Assembly: GCF_006345805.1 (NCBI RefSeq)
Contig: NC_043007.1
Location: 22,134,001-22,198,000 of the forward strand
Direction of reading: 5' to 3'
Length of the DNA stretch: 64,000 nt
Source of the DNA: Octopus sinensis
Taxonomy: Eukaryota
Position 1 is the first letter of the stretch. The number at the start of each line of letters is the position of its first letter. The position numbers and the translations under genes are program-made. Under the pieces are notes generated by a model that ran no database searches, was not told where the DNA came from, and worked only from the letters and a program-made list of their open reading frames with translations. This document shows, piece after piece, positions 11,779-23,847 of the stretch.

Positions 11779-13062
11779 TTGGGTTGTCCAGAAAGTTTGT
11801 GCCGATTTATAGTAGCTTACCTTTTGACTTATTTTAGAACATGGTTGAGTCCATAAAATAGGATTTGACTACACCTCCATTTAGAGCACAGTTTAAGCTA
11901 TCTTTTCGGGGAAGAAGGTTTATGTTCCTATAACCTGTGTTAATTCTGTAACCCTTTAAAATGGAAGATAAGAAAGTTCATTTCCGGCACTTGATGCTTT
12001 TCTTTTTCCATAAAGGGAAAAATGCCTCACAAGCAACCAAAGAAATATGCGCAGTTTACGGTGATGTTTCTTTATCCGAAAGAACTTTACAGAAGTGATT
12101 CGCAAGATTCCGAGCTGGAGATTGTAGCCTTATTGATAAAGAGTGATCAGGTAGACCATCCACTACAGATGATGACCAAATCAAATCATTAATTGAGAAT
12201 AACCCACATTGCACAACCCGAGAATTGGCAGAAAGCCTCAACCTATCAAAATCCGTTGTTCATGAACATCAGGTAAAGTTTGGGTACACAAATCGCTATG
12301 ATGTTTGGGTACCACATGAGTCGAGTGAGAAGAATCTTTTGGATTGCATTACCATCTGTGATTTGCTTTATAAACGGAATCAAAACGCACCTTTTTTAAA
12401 GCAAATTGTGACAGGTGATGAGAAATGGATTATATACTGAAATGTTCAGAGAAAGATATTCTGGAGTAAGCAACATGAGCCACCCTTAGCCACCCCAAAA
12501 GCGGGTCTTGACCCTAAAATAGTCTTGCTTTGTGTCTGGTGGGATTGGAAAGGAATTCTGTACTATGAGCTTCTTCCAAGTAACCAGACAATTAATTCTG
12601 AGAAATACTGCACACAACTGGACAAGTTAAAAGCAGCAATTCAAGAGAAATATCCAGAATTGGCCAATAGGAAGGGTGTTGTTTTCCAACATGATAATGC
12701 AAGACTGCACGTTTCTTTGAGAACCAGATAAAAATTGTTGCAGCTCGGCTGGGATGTATTACCCCACCATCCATATTCACCAGATATTGCTCTTTCGAAT
12801 TTCCACTTATTCAGGTCTCTGCAGAATAGTCTTAATGGTAAAAATTTCAATTCCTTGGATGACGTAAAAAGATACCTTGATGAATTCTTTGCCATGAAAC
12901 CACCACGATTCTGGGAAAAGGGTATTTTCAAGTTAAAGGAAAGATGGAGACGCATTGTGCAACAAAATGGTTCATATTTGGTTGATAAAAAATGTAATGG
13001 CAAGTATTTATTGACCTTTTTCTTTCCTTTAAAAATCGGCAAGAACTTTCCAGACAACCCAA
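11779..13062 (+). mobile_element. Full-length (1284 bp) mariner transposon with pseudogenised transposase
   Basis: TIRs of about 30 bp (TTGGGTTGTCCAGAAAGTTTGTGCCGATTT) and TA TSDs. One frame from ATG 11961 carries WVPHE, TGDEKW, HDNAR and YSPDIA motifs, four in-frame stops, and N in place of the third catalytic D. Confidence 0.95.
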
Positions 13063-13421
13063 TATATTTTGGTAGATATTCAACATCATTACAGGAATAA
13101 CCATGAAATTTAATTTTGCAGTTAATGGGTTAGAAAAAATATATCATCTTTGTCCCCCAAAATGATATTAAATAAAATTTGATCCACTATTACAAAGTAT
13201 TACAACATTTGCTTCTTCCGGCAGATTAAACTAATATGAATGTTTGGTTCTAAGAATCTAGTCAGTATTGGAAGTATTTCAGAAAGTCATTAAGCAGTCT
13301 TTTCAAATCTGAACCTAGCATAAATAATATTGTGTAGGGCAGATAAAAAAATAACGATATTAAAATCAGTGCTTTATAATATTAGGCAAAAATTGCCTTG
13401 CATTGATTCATAAAAAATGTA

Positions 13422-13822
13422 AGATCTTTTCGGTTTGAATGGCAGTTTTTTCTAGTGGTGTCATATGAAATTGTCACCCATAATTATGACCCTAGTATCA
13501 ATCTATTGCATTTTAATCTGGGTTAGGGTTAGGTGTGGGGGGAAGGGTATCTTTTTTTCTTCACAAATGTAAATAAACCCAATGTGTTTCTTAAATGAGG
13601 GACATATTCATACGGCACAGAATGTTTTTTTTACCTCAATAGATGCCAGTGATTGGTTGAAATTGCAGAAAAAAAACAAATATCTTACAAAGTATAGAAT
13701 TTTCTTAATAAAGCCAAGAGAAAAAGATGTTTTATAAACACATCCTACCAGTATACGAAGTTTTAAATTTTTTAGTTACCTAGAAATTATGTTAAAAACT
13801 GCCGTTCAAACTGAAAAGATCC
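13422..13822. mobile_element. Non-autonomous DNA transposon of about 400 bp (TIR family unassigned)
   Basis: TIR GATCTTTTCGGTTTGAATGGCAGTTTT / AAAACTGCCGTTCAAACTGAAAAGATC. Second, inverted copy at 23884-24291. Confidence 0.8.
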
Positions 13823-14492
13823 ATGATGTATTCATGATGTAAAATGGAAAAGGTATTATAGGAAAACTATTGTTATTTTTTTTTTTTGCGGGGGAAAAAA
13901 GATGGTCTCAAATTCAGTTCATGTGATTTAGCATTCAAGTGGATATCAAGACATGGATAACGTATGCAATAACTGCGGTTCACAGGGACATTCACAAGGA
14001 CTTTGTGTTGGTAATCAGATTATAGACTACCATCGGAAACCTCTTTGGACAACGAAACAACTAATGTTCAATTTGTTAAGGGCTATGGTGAATGCTTTAA
14101 GGAAAAATTTTTTTGATACCATTATTTCCATCTGTGTTTTTGATTTGTCAGCAGATAAAAGAACAGTGGTTGGCTCAAGCATGCAGCACACTAAAAGGAA
14201 GGAAACATCTATGTTGACCAAGAAATCCTTGATGAAATATGCACTCATAAAAACTCTCTGGTAAGGACTTCTGCGAGGCACTTTTTTCGGTGGGGGAGCT
14301 CCAAGATATAACTTGTAAAATTTGATTCAATCAAGTGTATATAATCAGTGTTTCCGGCATTCTTGTAAAATGGAAAATTTTCAATAAAGTTCAATAATGT
14401 TGTCCCACAGTAAAATGTCCATTCCAAGTAAAACTCTAGTTGCAAGAAGTCCTTTATATCAAGAAGATAATAATAATAATAATGATAAATTT

Positions 14493-14722
14493 ATTTTTTA
14501 CTACCCACAAGGGGCTAAACATAGAGGGGGCAAACAAGGACAGACAAACGGATTAAGTCGATCACATCGACCCCAGTGTGTAACTGGTACTTAATTTATC
14601 GACCCCGAAAGGATGAAAGGCAAAGTTGACCTCGGCGGAATTTGAACTCAGAACGTAGCGGCAGACGAGATACCGCTAGGCATTTTGCTCGGCACGCTAA
14701 CGTTTCTGCCAGCTCACTGCCT
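14493..14722 (-). mobile_element. tRNA-headed SINE, family B (about 230 bp)
   Basis: Head GGC(G/A)G(C/T)GAGCTGGCAGAA...GAGTTCAAATTCC and body GGTCGACTTTGCCTTTCATCCTTTCGGGGTCGAT. Copies at 14770-14957, 15250-15478, 22432-22658, 25812-26042, 39034-39266, 40250-40660, 48975-49152, 56145-56375 and 63690-64000. Confidence 0.85.
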
Positions 14723-15911
14723 TTTAATAATAATAATAATAACGGCTTCAAATTTTGCCGCAAGAGCATCCACTTTTTGGGGAAGGGGATAAGTCGATTA
14801 CATCGACCCCAGTATTTCACTGGTACTTAATTTATCGACCCCGAAAGGATGAAAGGCAAAGTCGACCTCGGCAGAATTTGAACTCAGAACGTAACGGCAG
14901 ACGAAATACCCATGGTGCATTCTGGTCGACGTGCTAACGATTCTGCCAGCTTGCCACCTTATTAATAACAACAACAACAACAAAAAGGTCTTGAGGCAAT
15001 CTGTGTTAGTACAACAATACACATCCAGGTAAGGCACGAGCAAAAAACAGTGCAAAACACACAGAGACATTCAAAGTCAATATAATACTGGGTACTATTT
15101 AAGAAGAGTGGTCCCGGTGCGCGCACTCGTGCATCGATGTTGTATTAGAGATAATAACATTTTAGAAAGGCAGGAGGTGTAACAAAAAACAAAACAAAGG
15201 CGCTTTTCAGTAGAGAGACGTGAGAGTACAACAAAGGGAGTGAGTATATATTTCTTTACTGCCCACAAGGGGCTAAACATAGAGGGGACAAACAAGGACA
15301 GGCAAAGGGATTAAGTCGATTACATCGACCCCCAGTGCGAAACTGGTACTTTATTTATCGACCCCGAAAGGATGAAAGGCAAAGTCGACGTCGGCGGAAT
15401 TTGAACTCAGAACGTAGCGGCAGACGAAATGTCGGTAAGCATTTCGCCCGGCGCGCTAACGATTCTGCCAGCTCGCCCGTCTTAAAGGGAATGAGTATAT
15501 GTGTGACAAGCCTGGAGGATGCAGGTTTTTAAATGCGTATGTGAGGGAACAGGGAGTCAAGGAAAAAAATGTGTGTGTAAGCTCTAGTATTAATCGGGTT
15601 GAGTCACCCGACATAGTAAGTCTGTAAACACATAGAAAGTATGCAGGGCTGTAATATGAATGTTGTATATTTGTCGGTATAAATGCATTAGATTTGAAAT
15701 GTAGTATATAAGGATTAAAACAATATTCAGCTCGGAATGTTAATCTTGACACGTCAAAGTAGGTTATATTACTCGTGTCAGTATAATTTACACAGAAAAT
15801 TCATGATAAACACGTCTGTATCATAAAATGAATAGAAAAAAAATTTTAAAAGGGGGAAAGGTTTCGTTTACATTTTCGGCCACGTGAACCAGTTAAACAT
15901 ACATGGTCGGT

Positions 15912-17186
15912 GGGGTCTAATGCAGTTTCGCACCTCTCCTTGAAAAATGTATTTTTTTGAACAAACTTTTGTTCGGTTTCCTACGTTTTAGATGTCGGTA
16001 ATTACAAATATGCAAAAAAAAAAAAAAATTATTTCACCCACCCCAGTTAAGATTTTTAATTTTGTTTACTTGGCTAATTGACGAACATATGCAAATCGAA
16101 ATTAAATACAGACAAGATCATTAAAGTGAAAAGAATTTGAGTTCTACTTGTGTCTGCCTTAAATAATTTAATGTAAATCTCTAAATATATAAAGCTGAAG
16201 TTGTCTGTGTATGGCAGGTTTGGTAGCCTTCAACTAACACTATCTTCTCCGAGACCCTGCGGGGCAAGTTGACCAAAATTGAGAGTATGATAGAAGAAGG
16301 CTTGCTCTTCCTTACGTAGAAGAAAACATTCAAATCGGACCATGTTAACACCAAAAATTATTTACATCAAAAAGGTGCTTTTTTTTTCCTATGAAAATCC
16401 CTATTTTTTACGATTTTTTTTACTGCAGTGTGGTCATTTTTCGGTGTATTTCAACTAGAAAAATGTTCACTTAAAGAGAATAACAAGCTACATGATGCAA
16501 ATTTTTTACTTTTCAAAAATTCCAATTCTAAAGGGTCGAAACAAACCCGACCAACGCCGGGCGATACTGCTAAGTTAAATATAAACCTAATGTAGCAGTC
16601 CCGGGATAAGGAAGAATGCTACTGCTATTTAGCCCTAGGAAACACCGTTTCCAGTTGGCTATGTGACACAAGCATTCTGTGTCCTTAAGTTTTCAAACAG
16701 TGGGGATAAGCACCTCCACTCAACAAAGCCAGTATCCAGGGATTAGTTTCAGAGTCATTGCACTTCATCGGCAACAGACCATCACTTTATCGTGCTGCTA
16801 CTGTATAAAGTCTCTCTGAAAGATTTAGAAATGCAACATTTCTAATTAAATATACACCATTTTATGAGAAATAAACATTAATGTTATAAAGCTTAATAAG
16901 GGGCTCAAAATTCAACCCCTAAAATTCTGAAATCTTGGTTTCTTGCATATTCGGAATCTCCGTCATCTAAAAAATAGGGGAAAAAATTTCGAAAAAGTTC
17001 AAAATATTAAATGTGGGGAGAGATGGTGGTGGGTTAAACTTTTTTTGCATATTCGTAATCTAAAACATAGGGACACCAAAAAATTTTTTTTGATCTTTTC
17101 ACTTTGGCCGGTCAAAGTGAAGAGATTCAAAATTTTGTTCAAATAAATGTATTTTTCAAGGAGAGGTGCGAAACTGCATTAGCCCC
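15912..17186. mobile_element. TIR DNA element with a nested Helitron-like insert (16178-16574)
   Basis: GGGGTCTAATGCAGTTTCGCACCTCTCCTTGAAAAAT at 15912 is mirrored by ATTTTTCAAGGAGAGGTGCGAAACTGCATTAGCCCC ending at 17186. No TSD seen. Confidence 0.7.
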
Positions 17187-17199
17187 GAAAAATTCACTT

Positions 17200-18495
17200 T
17201 TAGTATATATAAGGAATAATTCGATATTTCACTTTACTGCAATATTTCTTCCAGCTATTTCCATATTTCTTTTCACACGCAGCCGAATCTCGTCTCTCAC
17301 GATGGATTAATAAAATGATTAAATAAATTGGGTAAAAGTAAGGAAGGATGCTTCCGAACCCACAAGTCAAAGACCAGCAGAGAGACATAATAATGTCTCC
17401 TAAATAGTTAGGTTTCTGGCAGATGCCCCACCATCCAGATACTAATAATCGGCGATTGGGGAATGAAGTGGCGATACTTTGCAAATGCGCAACCGAAGGA
17501 TGTTTGGGGTCACGTCTAAATGTATTTTTCTGGGAATTAGCTGAACGGAAAATAAAGTAACCAATACAGTTTATGACAGTTAATGCAGTTAAAATATACC
17601 ACGGAAGGCTGTGGGATTGCGTCATAAGGTATTTACCCTGCAGTGTATACAAAAACGGTACCCAGACGAGGTCACCAAAACACAACATGAAACCGAACCC
17701 ATCAGAGGTCATATCTATAGTGGTTAATATAGCTTCTTCGAACCATAAAGCATCGACTATATAGAAGCCTTGGAAGATGGTTACAAGCAAGAGAGCAGGT
17801 GATGGCCCAAAATTATCTAAATAGGATTTTACGACAAAACTAAGGTTAATAATAACCCAACCGATTAATCCTGGACGCATCTCACAAAAGAATTTCAAAT
17901 CGAAAGAACCGATCCTTGGGTTGAGTTCATGTCCCATGAAGAAATCGTAAAAAATATTCCCAGAGTTTCCATTCGGAGCTAGTTTTGAAGGTGCAACTTT
18001 CCAAGATCTTACGTAAAGTAAAACACTCGAAATGTAACTGAAAATTAAAGCAGATATCATCATTTGAAAAAACTTGTCGTATATAATGCTAACTGGGAAA
18101 CCCATGTGGACAGCAACTACAAAAGCAAATATAGATATTAATAGACCTAGGAAACCGTTGCATCTGTACTGAAGTCGCGACCCATCTCTTAATGGGACAC
18201 CTTGGTACAATTTTCCAATAGGCAGTATAGCCAAGAAAGATTGGAATATCATCCAAAATAAAAACATCGACACTGCAGTCCAATCGACAAAATACGTCCA
18301 CCAGTTATAAATGAAAGGTAACTGACCGAATTTACACGTTTGTTCGTTACACATGAGATTCATAATAATGACGGTGCATGGCAAAGCTACAATGTTTATT
18401 GCAGTCCCCAAAACGCCACCAAATTCCAGATCAGTTGTTTTTTCTGTTTTGTTGGCACCTTTTTTATTTACACGGTTGTTTCTGTAAGCTTCCAT
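17200..18495 (-). CDS. TM7SF2: Delta14-sterol reductase (TM7SF2/LBR, ERG24 family), single exon, 431 aa, no Tudor domain
   Basis: Uninterrupted ORF with EFGG, YDFFMGHELNPRIG, FDLKFFCEMRPGLIGW, DGFGFMLCFGDLVWVPF, LLVSGWWG..KPNYLGD and RIIPYIY. Start ATG 18495 in ACAACCATGG context. TM7SF2 versus LBR orthology not tested. Confidence 0.92.
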   Translation of the reverse strand: MEAYRNNRVNKKGANKTEKTTDLEFGGVLGTAINIVALPCTVIIMNLMCNEQTCKFGQLPFIYNWWTYFVDWTAVSMFLFWMIFQSFLAILPIGKLYQGVPLRDGSRLQYRCNGFLGLLISIFAFVVAVHMGFPVSIIYDKFFQMMISALIFSYISSVLLYVRSWKVAPSKLAPNGNSGNIFYDFFMGHELNPRIGSFDLKFFCEMRPGLIGWVIINLSFVVKSYLDNFGPSPALLLVTIFQGFYIVDALWFEEAILTTIDMTSDGFGFMLCFGDLVWVPFLYTLQGKYLMTQSHSLPWYILTALTVINCIGYFIFRSANSQKNTFRRDPKHPSVAHLQSIATSFPNRRLLVSGWWGICQKPNYLGDIIMSLCWSLTCGFGSILPYFYPIYLIILLIHRERRDSAACEKKYGNSWKKYCSKVKYRIIPYIY

Positions 18496-18826
18496 GGTTG
18501 TTTTAATAATATTAAATATTATATATGTGTCGATTTTGAATGGCAAAGTTCGGGGGAAAGTGTTTTTTTTTAAATGCGTCGCCGAAATCCCGAAGACATC
18601 CGCTGGACAAATGTTTTGCAATTAAAGAAACAAGCCACGAGCTTCCTGTAGACACGTGACTTCATCGCCAGCCAATCAGAATTCATTTAGTCGGAAGGAA
18701 ATTCGAAGATGGTGGAAGATGTTTGTCGTCTGCGGAGATAATGGACAGACACTCGTATGAACCGAATTATTTAACTTCTTACTGAAGAAACCGACGGTAT
18801 TCGTCGTTGAGTCTCAACAGAAATTA
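18496..18826. promoter_or_regulatory. Putative bidirectional promoter
   Basis: 331 bp between divergent ATGs. E-box CACGTG 18653-18658, CCAAT 18672-18676, ETS-like CGGAAG 18692-18697, YY1-like AAGATGGTGG 18706-18715. Confidence 0.6.
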
Positions 18827-18911
18827 ATGACCATGACGCTGATAGACCAAGGGGTGAGAAACGTGGCGAATTTTCGGCGAAAACTAAAGACATGTCTTGA
18901 GATTAACACTG
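18827..18911 (+). CDS. PPP2R3C: PP2A regulatory subunit B'' gamma, exon 1
   Basis: First in-frame ATG after stop at 18758. MTMTLIDQGVRNVANFRRKLKTCLEINT, donor GTAAAA, phase 1 joins exon 2 as GCT. Low sequence conservation. Confidence 0.7.
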
Positions 18912-19176
18912 GTAAAAAAAACAACAACCCAAACTTCCGTTAACTTAAGAATTCCGTTTGATGTCCATTCTTGTTTTTATGTTATTCTGAATAAGAACCC
19001 TTTGTATTTACCAATTAATCGAACATTTATAACTATTATTACACTATAAGGCCTGTTGCGAGAGATGTTATTCGTCAGTGTTTGTTTACGCATCAAGAAT
19101 CTCTCCCTAAACATTTGTGGATATTCCATTATGGCCTTGGATACCACGAATTCAACCCATCTTTTTGGACATATAC

Positions 19177-19429
19177 ACTTAATAATTAGGGTTCAGCAAA
19201 GATTTGCTTTACCACATACCGAAGTTTAGAAATAGCAGCAAAAAAAAAAAAAAAAAAAAAACGTTAGCTATTTCTTCTACTTTAAAAAGGGACTCCCAGA
19301 AAAACCAAAATGGGACGGGAGCCCCTTTTTAAAGTAGAAGAAATAGCTAACGTTTTTTTTTTGGGGGCTGCTATTTCTAAACTTCGGTATGTGGTAAAGC
19401 AAATCTTTGCTGAACCCTAATTATTAAGT
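19177..19429. repeat. Near-perfect 253-bp palindrome in PPP2R3C intron 1
   Basis: The outer 63 bp of the arms are exactly complementary (ACTTAATAATTAGGGTTCAGC...ATAGCAGC), followed by A-run/T-run and about 30 bp more pairing around a short loop. Confidence 0.9.
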
Positions 19430-19704
19430 ATTATTTTAGTTCACCATGAAATGGTCCTTTTTTTCATGTCGAATTCTACTTGGTGAAATTATTGATTACT
19501 TCTTAATTAATTAATTTTACCCTTTGTTATTTTTGGAATATATATATATATGAAAGAAAATAGGTGTTCAGAATGCTGGATGGTTGTAAAAATATATATT
19601 TATTTACATATCACATATGTCTTCATATTAGCGCTTACCCCTAACACCCCATATATAAAAAAAACACTTTCTTGAAATGTATCCGGTACCTATACCGAAG
19701 TTAC

Positions 19705-19750
<46 letters not shown>

Positions 19751-21830
19751 CATACACACACACACATATACGCATTATTAAACAATATTATCCATGGTAG
19801 TTACAACTTCATAGTTTTCCTGTTCGACCTTCTTATGGCCATTATTTCCTGAATTTACGATAACGTTAAGTAGTAAACACTTCTTGTTCGTTAAGCTTTA
19901 CTTAAAAATGTCAGCTTGGAGATTTCATTTTAAACATTTAAAAATATAACCGTGAATTGTGTTATCTTCCCGTTTGTGTTTGTGTATATCGTGGCAAATA
20001 CTTGCCATTATATAATTTCATTATCGTTTTTTTTTATTAACGATTACTCTTTACTCTTTTACTTGTTTCAGGCATTTGACTGCGGCCATGCTGGAGCACC
20101 GCCTTTTTTAGTCGAGCAAATCGACCCCGGGACTTATTCTTTGTAAGCCCAGTACTTATTCTATCGGTGTCTCTTTTGCCGAACCGCTAAGTGACGGGGA
20201 CGTAAACACACCAGCATCAGTTGTCAAGCAATGCTAGAGGGACAAACACACACAAACATACATATGTATACATATATACGACAGGCTTCTTTCAGTTTCC
20301 GTCTACCAAATCCACTCACAAGGCTTTGGTCGGCCCGGGGCTATAATAGAAGACACTTGCCCGAGGTGCCACGCAGTGGGACTGAACCCAGAACCATGTG
20401 GTTGGTAAGCAAGCTACTTACCACACAGCCACTCCTGCGCCTATTTAACTTCTTATAAACATTCTGTTCCATAAAGTAGATTGCTTTCATGAAGTATAAT
20501 AATAATAATAATAATAACAATAATAAGGCTTCAGACACAAGGCCAACAGTTTTGAGGGGAAGGGCTTAGTTGATAGCACCAACCTCAGTACTTGACTGGT
20601 TCTTTATTTTAATTGACTCTGAAAAGACGGCAGGATCGTTATCTCACTGGACAAAATGCTTTCCGCCGAGGTTGACTTTCCTTTTCGGGCTCGATAAAAT
20701 AAATACTAGTTGAATTCTGGGGTCCATGTAATCGACTCACCTGCTACCCTAAAATTGCTAACCTTGTGCCAAAATATGAAACTGTTGGAGTGGCTGTGTG
20801 GTAAGTAGCTTGTTTACCAACCACATGGTTCCGGGTTCAGTCCCACTGCGTGGCACCTTGGGCAAGTGCCTTCTACTATAGCCTCGGGCCGACCAAAGCC
20901 TTGTGAGTGGATTTGGTAGACGGAAACTGTAAGAAGCCCGTCATATATATGTATGTGTGTGTGTGTATATGTTTGTGTGTCAGTGTTTGTCCCCCTAGCA
21001 TTGCTTGACAACCGATGCTGGTGTGTTTATGTCCCCGTTACTTAGCAGTTCGGCAAAAGAGACTGATAGAATAAGTACTGGGCTTACAAAGAATAAGTCC
21101 CAGGGTCGATTTGCTCGATTAAAGGCGGTGCTCCTGCATGGCCACAGTCAAATGACTGAAACAAGTAAAAGAGTAAAGAGTGTTGTGAGCTAGCTGAATT
21201 GTTGGTGCGCTGGACAGAATACTTCGCAGTTTCGGAGTTTTTACGTTCAGACCCCACAGTAGTCAACTTTGCTTTTCATCATTTCGCGGTAGATAAAATA
21301 AAGTACTAGTCGGATTGGTATCAAAAGAGTTAAATTTATCATCAACATCATCATTATTATTAGTATTCATTTTTCCATGCTCACACAGTATGAGACAATA
21401 TTTTGAAACAGATTCTCTTTGGTCAAGTTCTTTCCTGTTTCTAACCCCACCTGTTTCCATGTTGTCATGGAAGTTTGGAAATAAAGGGCACTGCATGCAT
21501 GACAGAAACATTAATTTACGACTACTATGCAAAGTCAAGACATGGAGACAGTAATACACACACATGTATTTTTATACATGTTTCAGTTATTGTTTACCAA
21601 ATCTACTCAGAAAGGCTTTGGTTAGCTTAGGACTAAAGTAAAAGACATTTGTCTAAGGTGCCATGCTGTAGGATTGAACCTGAAACCACGTAGTTGGGAA
21701 GCTAATTTCCTATCACACAGCCATGCCTCTGCCAATTATGTAAAGCTTAATTTTTCTTAACAATCAATTTTCTGTCTTTTCGCTGTTGAATATTTTCCAA
21801 ATATTTTTTCGTGTCCTGTTTCTCTTTTAG

Positions 21831-21958
21831 CTACCGAAAGCAAAGAAAAATCTCAGCTGGAAGAATTAGAACTTTTTACCAAATATTATCAACTTTGGAA
21901 GGGGAACAATGTTCAGAATAATAACACATACTATAGCATTCCAAAATTCTATTGTCAA
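21831..21958 (+). CDS. PPP2R3C: PPP2R3C exon 2
   Basis: TTTTAG acceptor, GTAAGC donor. TESKEKSQLEELELFTKYYQLWKG...SIPKFYCQ. Confidence 0.9.
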
Positions 21959-22899
21959 GTAAGCTACTGTTTAAAAATAGTGATTATTGTTTTTTTTTTT
22001 CAGTTTCCCAATTTTTTTATTTTACCATATACTATGTACATATTTACAAACATACGTGTATGTCTTTTTCTTTTTGTTTATTAGCATTTTTTCTAGAAGG
22101 TGGGAGTTGGTTTATTTCTAAGAAATAAAAACTCTGTCTTTGTTATGTATCAAGCTTTAAGAAAGTCCTGCATAATTTTATTACATTGAAATCGATCAAC
22201 ATTAATGGAAATTGCAGCTGTGATACCAGTGCCAGTGGTACGTAAGAGAACCATCCGAACTTGGCTGTTGCCAGCACCGCCCCGACTGGCCTCGTGCCGG
22301 GGGCATGTAAAAAGCACCATCCGATCATGGCACACATTGTAAAGTGGCTGGCATTAGGAAGGGCATCCAGCTGTAGAAACCATGCTAAATCAGACTGGAA
22401 CCTAATGCAGCTTGCCAACTCTGGTCAAACTTATTTCTTTACTGCCCACAAGGGGCTACATACAGAGCGGACAAACAAGGGCAGACAAATGGATTAAGTC
22501 GATTATATCGACCCCAGTGTGTAACTGGTACTTATTTAATCGACCCCGAAAGGATGAAAGGCAAAGTTGACCTCAGCGGAATTTGAACTCAGAATGTAAC
22601 AGCAGACGAAATACTGCTAAGCATCTCGCCCAGCATGCTAATGATTCTGCCAGCTCGCTGGTCAAACTGTCCAACCTATGTCAGCATAGAAAACAGATGT
22701 TAAAGGGTGATGATGATATCTCTTTTCTTTGCTTGAGAATCCCATCATCTCCAGATTGTGACTTGTACTAACTTAACGAAGTGCAACAATAGTTATTGGT
22801 ATGAATGTAAATTTATAATCAGGGTAGACATATTGTAGGTTTCAAAGCAGTTATCCATGGATATTTTCAGTGATTTTGGAAGTCATTCACATCTATAGG

Positions 22900-23264
22900 T
22901 CCAGTGCAAAATCACCTCCCTCCGACAAGCCATCCTAACGAGACGTCTGCATTGGCTGGGTCATGCCCTCCATCGTCAACCAGGAGAATTCATCTACGAA
23001 GCAATTGGTCCAGCTCCCCCTCAGGGTTGGCGAAAGCGATGTGGTGGACAATGAAAAACCTGGCTGATGACAGTCAAGGCTGATCTGGAACCCAACCTAA
23101 GCCCCATATCTACGACGTTCGCCGCTGGAATAAGGAGTGATTGGAGATCACACGATCGTTAGCCTCAAATTGCCAGGTCTTGTCGGCGTTTGTGAGAGAT
23201 GCAGTGCTGAGGATGAATGAAGCCAGCTCAACCCACCCCGGGTGAATGCTGTCTCAAGACAAGA
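22900..23264 (+). mobile_element. RTE-type LINE 3' fragment (a second family)
   Basis: RRLHWLGHALHR...WRKRCGGQ*KTW...KADLEP, ending in CAAGACAAGA repeats. Confidence 0.7.
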
Positions 23265-23797
23265 TCTATAGGAAAACTAGCCTGTATGATTGTATATCAC
23301 ATTTCTTTTCTTTTCTAAATAACTATATATCTATGTGTGCATGTGTGTACGTATGCATATATATGTACATTTATATATAAAAGCAATGTGCATTCAAATG
23401 TGCATATACATGTTTTTTTACTACTGAATAGTATTTGAAATTAAGGCTAACCTGTTGACCACAAGTTCAAATTTATATTACAACATATTGTTGCCCCATG
23501 GGCAAAGGGCATAACCCTGGTTGACCCAGTCAATCTAGCTCATAACCAGATTCCATTTTTACTTTATGAATGCATTTTTACTGATAGACATGGTTTCTGG
23601 TTTTAAAAACAATTGATCTGACAAGATACAAATAGATAAGTTTATACAAATCTTTTCATGTATGATAGCATTAAAAATGTGGCCGTAAAACAAAATGAAA
23701 AGAATTGTTCTGTGTTCTAAATTATAGGTTTAGTTTGGAATTTTTATCCTCATTTTGGATGGCTATTTTATATTTCAAAATTTTTCTTTAACTTTAG

Positions 23798-23847
23798 CTC
23801 CCTCTAGAAGAGGAAATCTTATTGCAAAAGGTTCGAGAAGAAGCAAG
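23798..23847 (+). CDS. PPP2R3C: PPP2R3C exon 3
   Basis: LPLEEEILLQKVREEA(R), AG/GT boundaries, phases fit neighbours. Confidence 0.9.

Noticed and set aside
13953-14445. Overlapping 66-103 aa ORFs in non-repetitive-looking sequence
   Set aside because: No recognisable motif or consistent splice sites. Possibly an ancient LINE remnant, but unsupported without BLASTX.
18496-18621. 42-aa N-terminal extension of the sterol reductase ORF
   Set aside because: It starts at TTG and has no family similarity, whereas ATG 18495 has strong Kozak context.
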